Shown here piece by piece: positions 1-9,763 of a stretch of 20,000 bases of DNA. The position numbers were made by a program, and so were the translations under genes. Origin of the DNA: an uncultured virus (IMG/VR IMGVR_UViG_3300000929_000007) (Duplodnaviria > Heunggongvirae > Uroviricota > Caudoviricetes); IMG/VR virus record IMGVR_UViG_3300000929_000007, one strand, 5' to 3'. The notes under the pieces were generated by a model that saw only the letters and a list, made by a program, of their open reading frames with translations, was not told where the DNA came from and searched no databases. Numbering within the stretch: the first letter of the stretch is position 1; each line of letters starts with the position of its first letter.

Positions 1-1
1 T

Positions 2-895
2 GTAGATACTTTAGACTCAGATATGGCAGTGGTTCAGGGACTCGCATCTGCCACAGCATCTACAGTAGCTGTTCAGGGTGGTCGTCTGTCTACTGAAGAA
101 GGTAATGTTGATTCGTTACAGACATTCACTGGTATAGGTACTGCTCTTGATACTACTGCTGCTTCACTAGCAGTTGCTATCAACGAACTACACGGTGAAT
201 TAAATACTGCTGTCACTTCAATCAGTAACGAAATCACTCGTGCTACTGCTGCGGAAGGTGTCAACGATACTGCGATTACTTCGGAAGCATCAGCTCGTTC
301 TGCTGCGGATATCCTCTTACAGGGTAACATTGATACAGAAGCATCAACTCGTGCGGCTGCTGATAGTGACCTACAGGTCGGTCTTGCTGCCGAATTGGTT
401 GTTCGTGCTGCCGGTGATACTACTCTCCAGAATAACATTAACACAGAAGTTGCGTTACGTGTTGCTGGTGATAATTCACTTCAGAATCAGATTAACAGTA
501 TTGTCTCTAACACTGATCCAGCTGCTTTGGATTCATTGACAGAGATTGTTGCTGCTTTCCAATCTGCTGATGGAACGTTACAAGGATTGGTCAGTTCTAA
601 CAATGCTAGTATCTCTACTTTAAATACTAAAGTAGGTGCTATCGAAAATTGGGACACTGATGACCTAAGTGAAGGTACTAACAAGTACTGGACTCCGGAA
701 CGTACTAAGTCGGTATTGTCTGGTGGTCTATGTATCACTTACAATTCAACCACTGGTGAAATCAAGATTGACGAAGCGGAAACTGCTTCATCTCTACACG
801 TAGCATCATCTACTAACGCGAACGGTTTGGGTGGACAAGCTCCTTCTCACTACCGTATTGACATCTATGATATCAATGGTGTTATTGTAAACTAA
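2..895 (+). CDS. Fibritin/fibre-like coiled-coil virion protein, 5'-truncated by the window edge
   Basis: The frame is open from base 2, upstream of the ORF-track Met at 23. It has 18-aa E-x3-R-x-AAD-x2-LQ repeats, an ALDSLTEI motif and a TDDLSEGTNKYWT motif typical of phage fibre proteins. It lies directly before gp13, where T4 has wac (fibritin). Confidence 0.6.
   Translation, partial: VDTLDSDMAVVQGLASATASTVAVQGGRLSTEEGNVDSLQTFTGIGTALDTTAASLAVAINELHGELNTAVTSISNEITRATAAEGVNDTAITSEASARSAADILLQGNIDTEASTRAAADSDLQVGLAAELVVRAAGDTTLQNNINTEVALRVAGDNSLQNQINSIVSNTDPAALDSLTEIVAAFQSADGTLQGLVSSNNASISTLNTKVGAIENWDTDDLSEGTNKYWTPERTKSVLSGGLCITYNSTTGEIKIDEAETASSLHVASSTNANGLGGQAPSHYRIDIYDINGVIVN
230..499 (+). 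repeat. Five tandem 18-aa (54-nt) degenerate coding repeats
   Basis: EITRATAAEGVNDTAITS / EASARSAADILLQGNIDT / EASTRAAADSDLQVGLAA / ELVVRAAGDTTLQNNINT / EVALRVAGDNSLQNQINS. Confidence 0.85.
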
Positions 896-917
896 TATTA
901 CTAATAAGTAGTATGCG

Positions 918-946
918 AAAGGGGACACTTCGGTGTCCCTTTTTTT
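918..946 (+). terminator. Rho-independent terminator with C(UUCG)G tetraloop
   Basis: aaaGGGGACAC-TTCG-GTGTCCCT followed by a T run, just after the stop at 895. Confidence 0.92.
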
Positions 947-963
947 ATGTGCGCTATAAAACG

Positions 964-971
964 TATAAATA
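964..971 (+). promoter_or_regulatory. T4-type late promoter (gp55-dependent)
   Basis: TATAAATA 28 nt upstream of gp13, with an AGGA Shine-Dalgarno downstream. Confidence 0.85.
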
Positions 972-999
972 GAACTAGAATAACTTTAGGACGCACCTC

Positions 1000-1770
1000 A
1001 TGTATGTAACTAACCGAGATGATTTGATGGACTATTGCTTGCGTGCATTAGGGCACCCAGTAGTAGAAGTCAATATAGATGAAGAACAATTGGATGACCG
1101 TGTAGACGAAGCACTTCAGTGGTTTCGTGAATTTCATCCAGATGGAAGTAAACGCTTTTACTTGAAGCATCAATTGACTCAGGAAGATATCGACAATCAA
1201 TCTATCGATTTTCCTGACAATTTGGATATGATAAGTGTAGTTCGTATGCTCCCCATGTCCTTTAACGGTTCACAGAATGGATGGTTCAGTGACGCATGGC
1301 AGTACATGAAATTTACCATGTCAGACTTTGTTGCCGGAAATGGCATCTTGGGAGACCTTGCTCAGTACGAACAGATGCAGCAACACTTATCGTTGTTGGA
1401 CATGAAGTTAACTGGACAACCAGAGATTTTATTCGATAGACAATATAATAGAATAAATCTAACTATAGGTAAAAGCAAACTTACTGCGGGGGATTATATC
1501 GTATTTGAGGTATATGGTATTAGAGACCCAGACGATTCAATAACAGAATATAACTCTCTTTGGAATCATCGTTTTCTCAAATCATATTGTACTGCGCTCA
1601 TTAAGAGACAGTGGGGTACTAACTTGATTAAGTTTGATGGAATGACATTGCCAGGCGGTGTCACTGTAAACGCTCGTCAAATCTATGAAGATGCTCTACA
1701 AGACATCGAAAAAATCATGGAGAAATTCCGTGAAGAGGAAGACGAAGGCCCAATCTTTTTTGTAGGGTAA
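1000..1770 (+). CDS. gp13: Neck protein gp13
   Basis: N-terminal DYCLRALGHPVVEVNIDEEQLDDRVDEALQ and C-terminal KRQWGTNLIKFDGMTLPGGVTVN motifs; synteny. Confidence 0.93.
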   Translation: MYVTNRDDLMDYCLRALGHPVVEVNIDEEQLDDRVDEALQWFREFHPDGSKRFYLKHQLTQEDIDNQSIDFPDNLDMISVVRMLPMSFNGSQNGWFSDAWQYMKFTMSDFVAGNGILGDLAQYEQMQQHLSLLDMKLTGQPEILFDRQYNRINLTIGKSKLTAGDYIVFEVYGIRDPDDSITEYNSLWNHRFLKSYCTALIKRQWGTNLIKFDGMTLPGGVTVNARQIYEDALQDIEKIMEKFREEEDEGPIFFVG

Positions 1771-1773
1771 CCC

Positions 1774-2664
1774 ATGGCAACTAATCCATATATAAGTCAA
1801 AATCACAGACCAGAACAGAGTTTATACGAAGACTTAATTATAGAGTCTATTAAATTCTATGGTCAGGACATTTATTATCTACCCCGAGAAGTTGTAGAGA
1901 GGGAAGATATCTTTCTGGACAGCATTCAGTCCCAGTTCTCTGACGCCTATAAGGTAGAGGTTTTCATAGAGAATACTGACGGATTTGACGGAGAGGGAGA
2001 CCTGTTCACCAAGTTTGGTATCGAGTTACGCGATCAAGCAACATTTGTGATTGCTCGTCGGCGATGGCAGGAATTAATTGGTGATAAACTATCAGACAAG
2101 AAATTCAGACCAAGGGAGGGTGATGTTATATTCTTACCTCTATCTCAGTCTTTGTTCGAGGTCAAGAAAGTTGAGACTGAAACTCCTTTCTATCAGTTAT
2201 CCCAGTTACCACTCTTCCGTATGCAGTGTGAGTTGTTTGAGTTCTCTGATGAAGACTTTGACACTGGTATTGACGCAATTGATATCGTAGAAAAAGAACA
2301 CGCCTATCAGTATCATATGACTATGGCTGAACCAGATTCTAACCAAGGTGGTTTCTACGAGACCGGAGAATACGTATTCCAGACGTTTGACGATTTTGAA
2401 CTTGGCGGTGAAGTTACTGCGTGGAACAGTCAAACACGTGTGCTATCTATCGCGCACACGGGTGCTGATGACGGACAATACCACATGTGGTCTGATGACC
2501 GAGAAGTATTTGCGGAGTCTGGTGCGGTGTATATGCCGGTACAGGGAACCATTGGGGATAATGTAAACGAAATACAACCTCTATCACAGAATAAAATATT
2601 TGATGATTTCGAAAATGATTTCCTAGACTTTTCAGAATCGAACCCCTTCGGAGATGTTTCATAA
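1774..2664 (+). CDS. gp14: Neck protein gp14
   Basis: EQSLYEDLIIESIKFYGQDIYYLPRE, KFGIELRD, RPREGDVIFLP and the C-terminal DFSESNPFG; synteny. Confidence 0.93.
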   Translation: MATNPYISQNHRPEQSLYEDLIIESIKFYGQDIYYLPREVVEREDIFLDSIQSQFSDAYKVEVFIENTDGFDGEGDLFTKFGIELRDQATFVIARRRWQELIGDKLSDKKFRPREGDVIFLPLSQSLFEVKKVETETPFYQLSQLPLFRMQCELFEFSDEDFDTGIDAIDIVEKEHAYQYHMTMAEPDSNQGGFYETGEYVFQTFDDFELGGEVTAWNSQTRVLSIAHTGADDGQYHMWSDDREVFAESGAVYMPVQGTIGDNVNEIQPLSQNKIFDDFENDFLDFSESNPFGDVS

Positions 2665-3443
2665 TGTTAGGTACTTATTTTTATAACAAGCGAGTAAGGA
2701 CTTCTGTATCTATATTTGGTTCTCTGTTTAATGACATACATGTTTTGAGAACAGACTCTAACGGTAAAGTCTTATCACAAGTCAAAGTACCATTATCTTA
2801 TGCTCCGAAGAGGAGTTTCTTAGAGAGACTCGAAGAGATGTCGCAAGGTGAAGAGGCTGAACGTCGCGTCGCCATTAAGTTACCTAGAATGTCCTTCGAG
2901 ATAATTGGTATTAATTATGACCCGCAGCGTCAGTTACCTAAAATGAATACGTTTAATGCGGCACCTATTGGTGAAAGAAAAGATTTATACACAGGTGTTC
3001 CGTATATATTGTCGTTTCAATTAGCAGTTTATGCTAAATCGCAAGATGATGCGTTACAAGTGGTTGAACAAATTATACCATACTTTGCTCCGCAATACAC
3101 GCTCTCGGTAAAACCATTCAGCGATTTACCCGATATAGTCGAAGATATTCCGGTCACTCTCACTGGTGTAGATTTTCAAGATGATTATGAAGGCCCATTA
3201 GAGCAACGTAGAACAATTATATATAATCTTAACTTTGAGATGAAAACTAATTTCTACGGGCCAGTGAAGGAAGGCACGCTTATTAGAGAAGTTAACACTA
3301 ATATACACATGCTTTCCAATGATGATTTAAACCCGTTCTTGAGTAATATAAGAATTACTACAGACCCAATTGACGTGAGTCCTGATAGTGACTATGGATT
3401 TACTATAGAGATTAATGATGAGCAAAGTCCCAACGGTATCTAA
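2664..3443 (+). CDS. gp15: Tail sheath stabilizer / tail terminator gp15
   Basis: YFYNKRVR..FGSLFNDI, KVPLSYAPK, LPRMSFE, QVVEQIIPYFAP motifs. Confidence 0.92.
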   Translation: MLGTYFYNKRVRTSVSIFGSLFNDIHVLRTDSNGKVLSQVKVPLSYAPKRSFLERLEEMSQGEEAERRVAIKLPRMSFEIIGINYDPQRQLPKMNTFNAAPIGERKDLYTGVPYILSFQLAVYAKSQDDALQVVEQIIPYFAPQYTLSVKPFSDLPDIVEDIPVTLTGVDFQDDYEGPLEQRRTIIYNLNFEMKTNFYGPVKEGTLIREVNTNIHMLSNDDLNPFLSNIRITTDPIDVSPDSDYGFTIEINDEQSPNGI

Positions 3444-3792
3444 CAAAGAAGAGAAACGTAATTTTGTACATGAACAAGACTATGAATACTCTCGTGAAAC
3501 TTACTACGACCTTATTGAAAAGGGTCGTGAGTCTTTAGAGTTGATGATTGAGGTAGCTCGCGAAAGTGAGCACCCCCGAGCATTTGAAGTTCTGGCTGGT
3601 ATGATTAAAGGTATCGCTGACGTTAACGATAAGTTAATGGATTTGAACAAGAAGCAGAAAGAACTTTTAAAAGACGATAGACCCGCAGACGCAACAACTA
3701 CTAATAACAATTTATTTGTAGGTTCTACTACAGACCTTCAGCGCATGTTATTGGGTGGTGATGAAAAGGTGATTGATCAGGACGATTCATAA
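3415..3792 (+). CDS. gp16: Terminase small subunit gp16
   Basis: DYEYSRETYY, ESEHPRAFEV, NNNLFVGSTTDLQRML; immediately upstream of the large terminase. Confidence 0.9.
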   Translation: MMSKVPTVSNKEEKRNFVHEQDYEYSRETYYDLIEKGRESLELMIEVARESEHPRAFEVLAGMIKGIADVNDKLMDLNKKQKELLKDDRPADATTTNNNLFVGSTTDLQRMLLGGDEKVIDQDDS

Positions 3793-5414
3793 TGGCATCT
3801 TTCACTAAGAACTCCTATCTCGGAAACCCTCAAGTAAAACGTGACGGTGTCTCAGAGGAGTGGGATAAGAAGAAACTTCGAGAATACCAGAAGTGTATGA
3901 AAGACCCCGCGTATTTCTGTAGGAAGTATGTTAAGGTAGTTCATCTTGATAAAGGTCTAGTACCTTTCGATCTATATGATTATCAAGAAAATATGTTTAA
4001 TCACTTTAATGATAATAGATTTTCTATCGTTCTCGCTTGTAGGCAATCTGGTAAATCAATTAGTTCGGTAGGGTATATTTTATGGTATGCCGTATTTCAT
4101 CCAGAAAAGACTATTGCGGTTCTTGCTAACAAAGGCGCGACGGCACGTGAGATGTTATCTCGTGTAACACTCATGTTAGAGAACCTCCCGTTCTTCCTAC
4201 AGCCTGGCTGTAAAGCACTTAACAAAGGGTCAATAGAGTTCTCTAATAACTCTCGTATCATTGCTGCAGCAACCTCTGGTTCTTCTATTCGTGGTATGTC
4301 GGTTAACCTTCTGTTCCTAGACGAGTTTGCGTTCGTAGAGAATGCGGCAGAGTTCTATACATCAACCTATCCTGTAATTTCGTCCGGTAAGGACACAAAA
4401 GTTATCATAACAAGTACCGCAAACGGTATTGGTAATACTTTCCAAAAGATATGGGAAGGTGCTGTACAGGGTGTTAATGCCTACAAACCGTTTCGTGTAG
4501 ATTGGTGGGATGTCCCTGGCCGAGACGAGAAGTGGAAAGCGCAAACTATAGCAAACACCTCCTCCTTACAGTTTGACCAAGAATTTGGTAATACGTTCTT
4601 CGGTACGGGTAATACTCTCATTGAGGGTCAGATACTTCTAGATTTACGTGCGCGTCAACCAGTTCGTCGATTGGAAGGCGGGGACGTATCAGTATATGAA
4701 GAACCCATTATAGATCACCAGTATATCATGACCGTTGATGTTTGTCAAGGGCGTGGACAAGATTATTCTACATTTACTATATTTGATGTTTCAGTACAAC
4801 CATTCAAACAGGTATGCGTGTATCGCAATAACCGAATATCCCCAATTCTTTATCCCAACATAATATATAAATATGCTACCGTATACAACGAAGCGTATGT
4901 TGTCGTAGAGAACAATGACCAAGGTATGGTCGTGTGTGTTGGTCTATATCAAGACTTAGAGTATGAGAACATCCATCTAGAGTCAGCAATCAAGGCAGAT
5001 TCTATTGGTATTCGTATGGACAAAAAAGTCAAACGAATTGGATGTTCGGCAATCAAGGACATCATCGAAAATCATAAACTAGATATTTACGATGAAAATA
5101 CTATCATGGAAATATCAACCTTTATATCTAAGGGGTTGTCTTTCGAAGCGAGTGACGGTAACCATGATGACTTAATGATGAACCTTGTGATGTTTGGATA
5201 CTTTGTTAGCTCACAATCTTTTGGCAATGTTGCGGATGTTGATTTTAGAACAATGCTATTTGAACAACGAATGAAAGAGATTGAAGACGACATACCCCCA
5301 TTCGGAATTATTGATGATGGCTCATCATATAGTACCGAACTTGACCTGACAGATCCCTATAATGCGGGTTGGCATGACATATCAGCACAGCAGTTTACTC
5401 CCGAAGAATGGTAG
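3792..5414 (+). CDS. gp17: Terminase large subunit gp17
   Basis: Walker A region RQSGKS, Walker B LLFLDEFAF, motif III ITSTANG, nuclease motifs TVDV..GRGQDYS and HDDLMM. Confidence 0.97.
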   Translation: MASFTKNSYLGNPQVKRDGVSEEWDKKKLREYQKCMKDPAYFCRKYVKVVHLDKGLVPFDLYDYQENMFNHFNDNRFSIVLACRQSGKSISSVGYILWYAVFHPEKTIAVLANKGATAREMLSRVTLMLENLPFFLQPGCKALNKGSIEFSNNSRIIAAATSGSSIRGMSVNLLFLDEFAFVENAAEFYTSTYPVISSGKDTKVIITSTANGIGNTFQKIWEGAVQGVNAYKPFRVDWWDVPGRDEKWKAQTIANTSSLQFDQEFGNTFFGTGNTLIEGQILLDLRARQPVRRLEGGDVSVYEEPIIDHQYIMTVDVCQGRGQDYSTFTIFDVSVQPFKQVCVYRNNRISPILYPNIIYKYATVYNEAYVVVENNDQGMVVCVGLYQDLEYENIHLESAIKADSIGIRMDKKVKRIGCSAIKDIIENHKLDIYDENTIMEISTFISKGLSFEASDGNHDDLMMNLVMFGYFVSSQSFGNVADVDFRTMLFEQRMKEIEDDIPPFGIIDDGSSYSTELDLTDPYNAGWHDISAQQFTPEEW

Positions 5415-5426
5415 ATTTAAAAATAA

Positions 5427-5434
5427 TATAAATA
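5427..5434 (+). promoter_or_regulatory. T4-type late promoter
   Basis: TATAAATA in the gp17-gp18 intergenic region. Confidence 0.85.
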
Positions 5435-5500
5435 GAAGTATTGAGAAAAAAATCCGTATTATGATAAACTTATTATACCTTAATCGAAAAGGAAACTATT

Positions 5501-7396
5501 ATGGCTCTTAAATCGTCAGAGTCTCCAAATGTTACAGTACGCGAAGTCGATCTAACAGGCGTTGTTCCTGCTACGTCTAGTACTACTGGCGCATTCGCTG
5601 GAGAATTTAACTGGGGCCCCGCACTTAAACCAACTATCGTTTCTAACGAAGCAGAGTTGGCACTTAAATTTGGGTCACCTGTACAAGGAGGCGCGGCCGC
5701 CTCAGACTTTTTGTCTGTTGCGCAATTCCTCAAATATTCATCAACTGCATACGTTACGCGTATTGTAAGCGATGGAGACACTAACGCTGTTGCTGAAGGT
5801 TCGGCAGGCGGGACAGAGGTTGTTGCCGGTGGTAGCGATCTAACTTTGCGGTATGTCACCGAAGGCGAAGTGTATTTCTATGAATTACCCTTCCGCGTCG
5901 GAGATAATGCGTTAAACCCTGTAATTGATAGCACATGGAAAACTAATGTTCTTGACGCCACCGGAGCCGTAGTTCATGCTGTCGGCACTTCGGCTGATGG
6001 TGAGTTGACATTAACAACTCCTCCGCTAACTGGTAACAGTCGGTTAGTATATACCCCTGAAGCTGACGGTGATGGAGTGGTAACTCCACATCCAGAAATC
6101 GTAGCAACATGGTTATATGACCAACCACTACCTACTGGTATCCAAGTACTTAATGCTGAAGATTACGAACAGCAAGATTTGGATTTTTACAAGATTATAG
6201 CACGCTATCCTGGCGACCGTGGTAACCTCATTAGTGTTCAAGTTTGCCCTCCTGCAGCATTTGCCCAATGGACTTACGCAAGCAAGTTTTCTTCTGCGCC
6301 AGTAGGTAATGAAGTTCACGTCGTGATCTTAGTCGACGGTGAAGTTGTTGAGACTCACGAGTACTTATCAACTGTTGAAGGCGCAAAACTACCAGACGGT
6401 TCAGCGAACAATGTATTGGATGTTATCAATAACAAATCCGATTGGGTTTGGGCGTCTAGCATTGGTACTTTAACAACTAGTGTTGTGACATTCACCTTGT
6501 CAGGTGGAGCTAACGGTGTACATGGTAAGGCGGACTATATTCGCGCATTCGACCAGTACGCAGACGTAGATTCAATTACAGTAGATTTCTTAGTAGCACC
6601 TTCTCGCGGAGCAAATGACGGGATTGATGTTGAGGTAGCAGCTTTGGCCAAAACACGTAGAGATTGTGTTGCGGTAGCATCTCCTTATGGGGACGCAGTC
6701 AAAGCATCAAGCATGGACGACATTATAGCTTGGTCTAATGGATTACCCGACAGCGATTACCTCATTTGTGACGGTAACTGGTTAAAGGTATACAACAAGT
6801 ATCAGGACAAGTACGAGACTATCGCGGCGGCATCATCTACCGCAGGTATCATGGCAGCAGCAGATAGAGATTCAGCACCTTGGTTCTCACCAGCTGGTTC
6901 ACGTCGTGGTCAATACTTTGGTGTAACATCTCTTGTCTTCAATCCAACCAAGGCACAACGTGATACATTATATAGCGCAAAAGTAAATCCAATCGTCAGC
7001 TTGCCTGGCCAAGGTACTGTACTATTCGGTGATAAGACTCACCTATCACGTCCATCAGCATTCGACCGTATCAACGTACGTCGTTTGTTCTTGGTGATTG
7101 AACGTTCAATCGCAGAGGCGGGTAAAAACGCAATGTTCGAATTCAACGATGAGTTTACTCGCGCAGAATTTGTTAACATCGTAGAACCGTTCCTACGTGA
7201 GATTCAGGGTCGTCGCGGTATCACTGACTTCCGTGTTGTTTGTGATGAAACAAACAATACATCAGCAGTCGTTGATCGTAACGAATTCGTAGCAACAGTC
7301 TTCATCAAACCAGCACGTTCTATCAACTACGTAACATTAAACTTCGTAGCAGTTAGATCAGGTGTCGAGTTTGAAGAAGTCGTTGGCACAGTTTAA
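5501..7396 (+). CDS. gp18: Contractile tail sheath protein gp18
   Basis: SPNVTVREVDLT, AGEFNWGP, PWFSPAGSRRG, FDRINVRRLF, IKPARSINYVTLNFVA. Confidence 0.97.
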   Translation: MALKSSESPNVTVREVDLTGVVPATSSTTGAFAGEFNWGPALKPTIVSNEAELALKFGSPVQGGAAASDFLSVAQFLKYSSTAYVTRIVSDGDTNAVAEGSAGGTEVVAGGSDLTLRYVTEGEVYFYELPFRVGDNALNPVIDSTWKTNVLDATGAVVHAVGTSADGELTLTTPPLTGNSRLVYTPEADGDGVVTPHPEIVATWLYDQPLPTGIQVLNAEDYEQQDLDFYKIIARYPGDRGNLISVQVCPPAAFAQWTYASKFSSAPVGNEVHVVILVDGEVVETHEYLSTVEGAKLPDGSANNVLDVINNKSDWVWASSIGTLTTSVVTFTLSGGANGVHGKADYIRAFDQYADVDSITVDFLVAPSRGANDGIDVEVAALAKTRRDCVAVASPYGDAVKASSMDDIIAWSNGLPDSDYLICDGNWLKVYNKYQDKYETIAAASSTAGIMAAADRDSAPWFSPAGSRRGQYFGVTSLVFNPTKAQRDTLYSAKVNPIVSLPGQGTVLFGDKTHLSRPSAFDRINVRRLFLVIERSIAEAGKNAMFEFNDEFTRAEFVNIVEPFLREIQGRRGITDFRVVCDETNNTSAVVDRNEFVATVFIKPARSINYVTLNFVAVRSGVEFEEVVGTV

Positions 7397-7407
7397 GGAG
7401 ATATATA

Positions 7408-7929
7408 ATGTCACTAAGAGTCGATGATTTTAAAGCAAAACTGAAAGGTGGTGGTGCTCGTACCAACCTTTTCAAAGCTACATTAAACTTTCCTGCCTAT
7501 GCTGGCGGAGACGCAGAACTTACATCGTTTATGTGTAAGGGTGCTCAGTTGCCAGCATCGACAATGGGATTTGTAGAAGTTCCTTTTCGTGGTCGTATGC
7601 TTAAGATAGCAGGGGATCGGACATTCGAAACTTGGACAATCACTGTCTTAAACGACACTGGTTTCGAGGTTCGAAATTCTATGGAACGTTGGATGAACGG
7701 TATGAACGCACATAGTTCAAATACTGGTATCACCAACCCAGTCTTATATCAATCTGACCTCATTGTTGAGCAGTTAGATAAAGATGGTTCTACTGTAAAA
7801 ACTTATAACCTTCGTGGATGTTTTCCGACTAACGTTTCATCAATTGAAGTTAGTTATGATAACGAAGCAATCGAAGAGTTTACAGTTGAGTTTCAAGTCC
7901 AGTATTGGGAATCTAATACGACTAGTTAA
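7408..7929 (+). CDS. gp19: Tail tube protein gp19
   Basis: GGGARTNLF, VPFRGRMLKIAGDRTFETWTITVLND, IEEFTVEFQVQYW. Confidence 0.96.
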   Translation: MSLRVDDFKAKLKGGGARTNLFKATLNFPAYAGGDAELTSFMCKGAQLPASTMGFVEVPFRGRMLKIAGDRTFETWTITVLNDTGFEVRNSMERWMNGMNAHSSNTGITNPVLYQSDLIVEQLDKDGSTVKTYNLRGCFPTNVSSIEVSYDNEAIEEFTVEFQVQYWESNTTS

Positions 7930-7951
7930 TAATGGTATAAGTAAGTGTATC

Positions 7952-7975
7952 GTGGGGAGAATACTCCCCACTTTT
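7952..7975 (+). terminator. Hairpin / probable terminator between gp19 and gp20
   Basis: GTGGGGAG-AATA-CTCCCCAC (8-bp perfect stem) followed by TTTT. Confidence 0.7.
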
Positions 7976-7991
7976 CTTATCGTGAGGATAT

Positions 7992-9491
7992 ATGGCAGAT
8001 AATAGTTTTTTTAAAGCGTTTGGTTTTGAATTAAAGAAAGTTGAGAAACCTGAAGCCAAAAAGGCGCAATCAATAGTTCCCGCAGTCGATGAAGATGGCG
8101 CGGGCTATGTGTCAGCGTCTGGTTCTTATTTTGGTCAATATGTAGACCTAGAAGGAACTGGAGCCAAAGACAACCAAGAACTTATTAAAAAATATCGTAC
8201 TATTGCGGAACATCCAGAATGTGATGCTGCTATTGAAGATATTATTAATGAGGGTATTGTTGGCGGCGAGTTAGAATCAGCTGTAAGTATTAATTTAGAC
8301 AAAGTCAAAACAACAGACAGCATTAAAAAAACCATTACCGAAGAGTTCAACAACATTTGTTCTATGTTGAATTTTGAAGAACATGGACACGACATCTTCC
8401 GTTCGTGGTATGTAGATGGACGTTTGTACCACCATTTAGTGGTAAACGAGTCCAATTTAAAAGCGGGTATTGTAGAAATTCGACCTATCGATGCTACTAA
8501 GATGAGGAAGGTAAAAGAAGTAAAGTACAAGAAAGATGAGAAGACTGGTGCTAAGATCGTAGATAAAACTCTGGACTTCTACATCTATCAAGAACGTGCC
8601 GGTGGTACTAACGGAGTAAAACTTACTCCAGACTCAGTAAATTATGTCACGTCGGGTCTATTAGACTCCTCGAAGAAGCGTGTGTTATCATATTTACATA
8701 AAGCAGTCAAACCAGTTAATCAGTTACGTATGATGGAAGACTCTCTAGTCATCTATCGTATGGCACGTGCGCCTGAACGTCGTATCTTCTATATTGACGT
8801 GGGCAACTTACCGAAGGGTAAAGCTGAACAACATATCAAAGATATTATGTCACGTTATAGAAACAAAGTAGTCTATGACGCGAGTAGCGGTGAAATTAAA
8901 GATGACCGTAAACATATGTCTATGCTCGAAGATTTCTGGTTACCTCGTCGCGAAGGTGGTCGTGGTACTGAGATTAGTACACTACCTGGCGGTGAAAACC
9001 TAGGACAGATTGACGACATTATATACTTCCAGAAGAAGTTATATAGGTCACTTAATGTTCCTCTAAATAGACTCGAACAAGAGGCGCAATTTAGTTTAGG
9101 TCGTTCTACAGAGATTGGTCGAGATGAAGTTAAATTTCAGAAGTTCATTGACCGTCTGCGTAAAAAGTTCTCTCATCTGTTCATTGATATTCTGAAGAAA
9201 CAACTTCTTCTTAAAGGTATCTGTACAGAACAGGATTGGGAACTATGGAAACGTGAGATTCAAGTAGACTATAACAGGGATAATCACTTCACTGAGATGA
9301 AGGATGCTGAGTTGTTGCGTGAACGTCTACAGACTATGGATCAGGTTTCACAATATGTAGGTGAATATTTCTCACGTGAGTGGGTAATGAAGAATGTCAT
9401 GATGATGAATGATGACGATATAGAAAATATGCGTAAAGAAGTTGAAGCAGAAAATGCCAACTCTGACGACGCGGATGATTTGGAGATATAA
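7992..9491 (+). CDS. gp20: Portal protein gp20
   Basis: WYVDGRLY, NQLRMMEDSLVIYRMARAPERRIFYIDVGNLPK, EDFWLPRREGGRGTEISTLPGG. Confidence 0.98.
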   Translation: MADNSFFKAFGFELKKVEKPEAKKAQSIVPAVDEDGAGYVSASGSYFGQYVDLEGTGAKDNQELIKKYRTIAEHPECDAAIEDIINEGIVGGELESAVSINLDKVKTTDSIKKTITEEFNNICSMLNFEEHGHDIFRSWYVDGRLYHHLVVNESNLKAGIVEIRPIDATKMRKVKEVKYKKDEKTGAKIVDKTLDFYIYQERAGGTNGVKLTPDSVNYVTSGLLDSSKKRVLSYLHKAVKPVNQLRMMEDSLVIYRMARAPERRIFYIDVGNLPKGKAEQHIKDIMSRYRNKVVYDASSGEIKDDRKHMSMLEDFWLPRREGGRGTEISTLPGGENLGQIDDIIYFQKKLYRSLNVPLNRLEQEAQFSLGRSTEIGRDEVKFQKFIDRLRKKFSHLFIDILKKQLLLKGICTEQDWELWKREIQVDYNRDNHFTEMKDAELLRERLQTMDQVSQYVGEYFSREWVMKNVMMMNDDDIENMRKEVEAENANSDDADDLEI

Positions 9492-9492
9492 T

Positions 9493-9756
9493 ATGACTGA
9501 AGTAACAACCGTAGTAAATGAAGATATCGAAGAGCCAGGCATGGACTTTGTCAATGCTCTACAAGGTGGAGACTTCCGTTCCGCAGAAAGTATATTCAAC
9601 GATATGCTCGCGGATAAAGTACAGTCGTCTTTAGACGCAGAGAAAATCGCAGTCGCAGGACGGATATTCAATGATGAAGAAGAATTAGACGGTGATGACC
9701 TAGACGATGATCTAGAAGATGATTTAGACGACGAAACCGAGTCTGACGAAGACTGA
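9493..9756 (+). CDS. Acidic prohead core protein (gp67-like)
   Basis: Follows the portal gene. The start is reassigned to the ATG at 9493, which has GGAG upstream and lies just after the gp20 stop. The protein is small with a strongly Asp/Glu-rich C-terminus. Confidence 0.65.
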   Translation: MTEVTTVVNEDIEEPGMDFVNALQGGDFRSAESIFNDMLADKVQSSLDAEKIAVAGRIFNDEEELDGDDLDDDLEDDLDDETESDED

Positions 9757-9763
9757 TTCTAAC

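Noticed and set aside
4866..4873. TATAAATA inside gp17 as an internal late promoter
   Set aside because: About one such AT-only 8-mer is expected by chance in 20 kb of AT-rich DNA, and there is no good SD/in-frame start just downstream.
9442..9492. ORF-track start for the gp67-like gene
   Set aside because: It overlaps the portal gene, whereas the ATG at 9493 has a proper SD and follows the gp20 stop.
9670..9756. GAT/GAC-rich quasi-repeat
   Set aside because: It simply encodes the acidic tail of the core protein and is not a CRISPR or DNA-level repeat.
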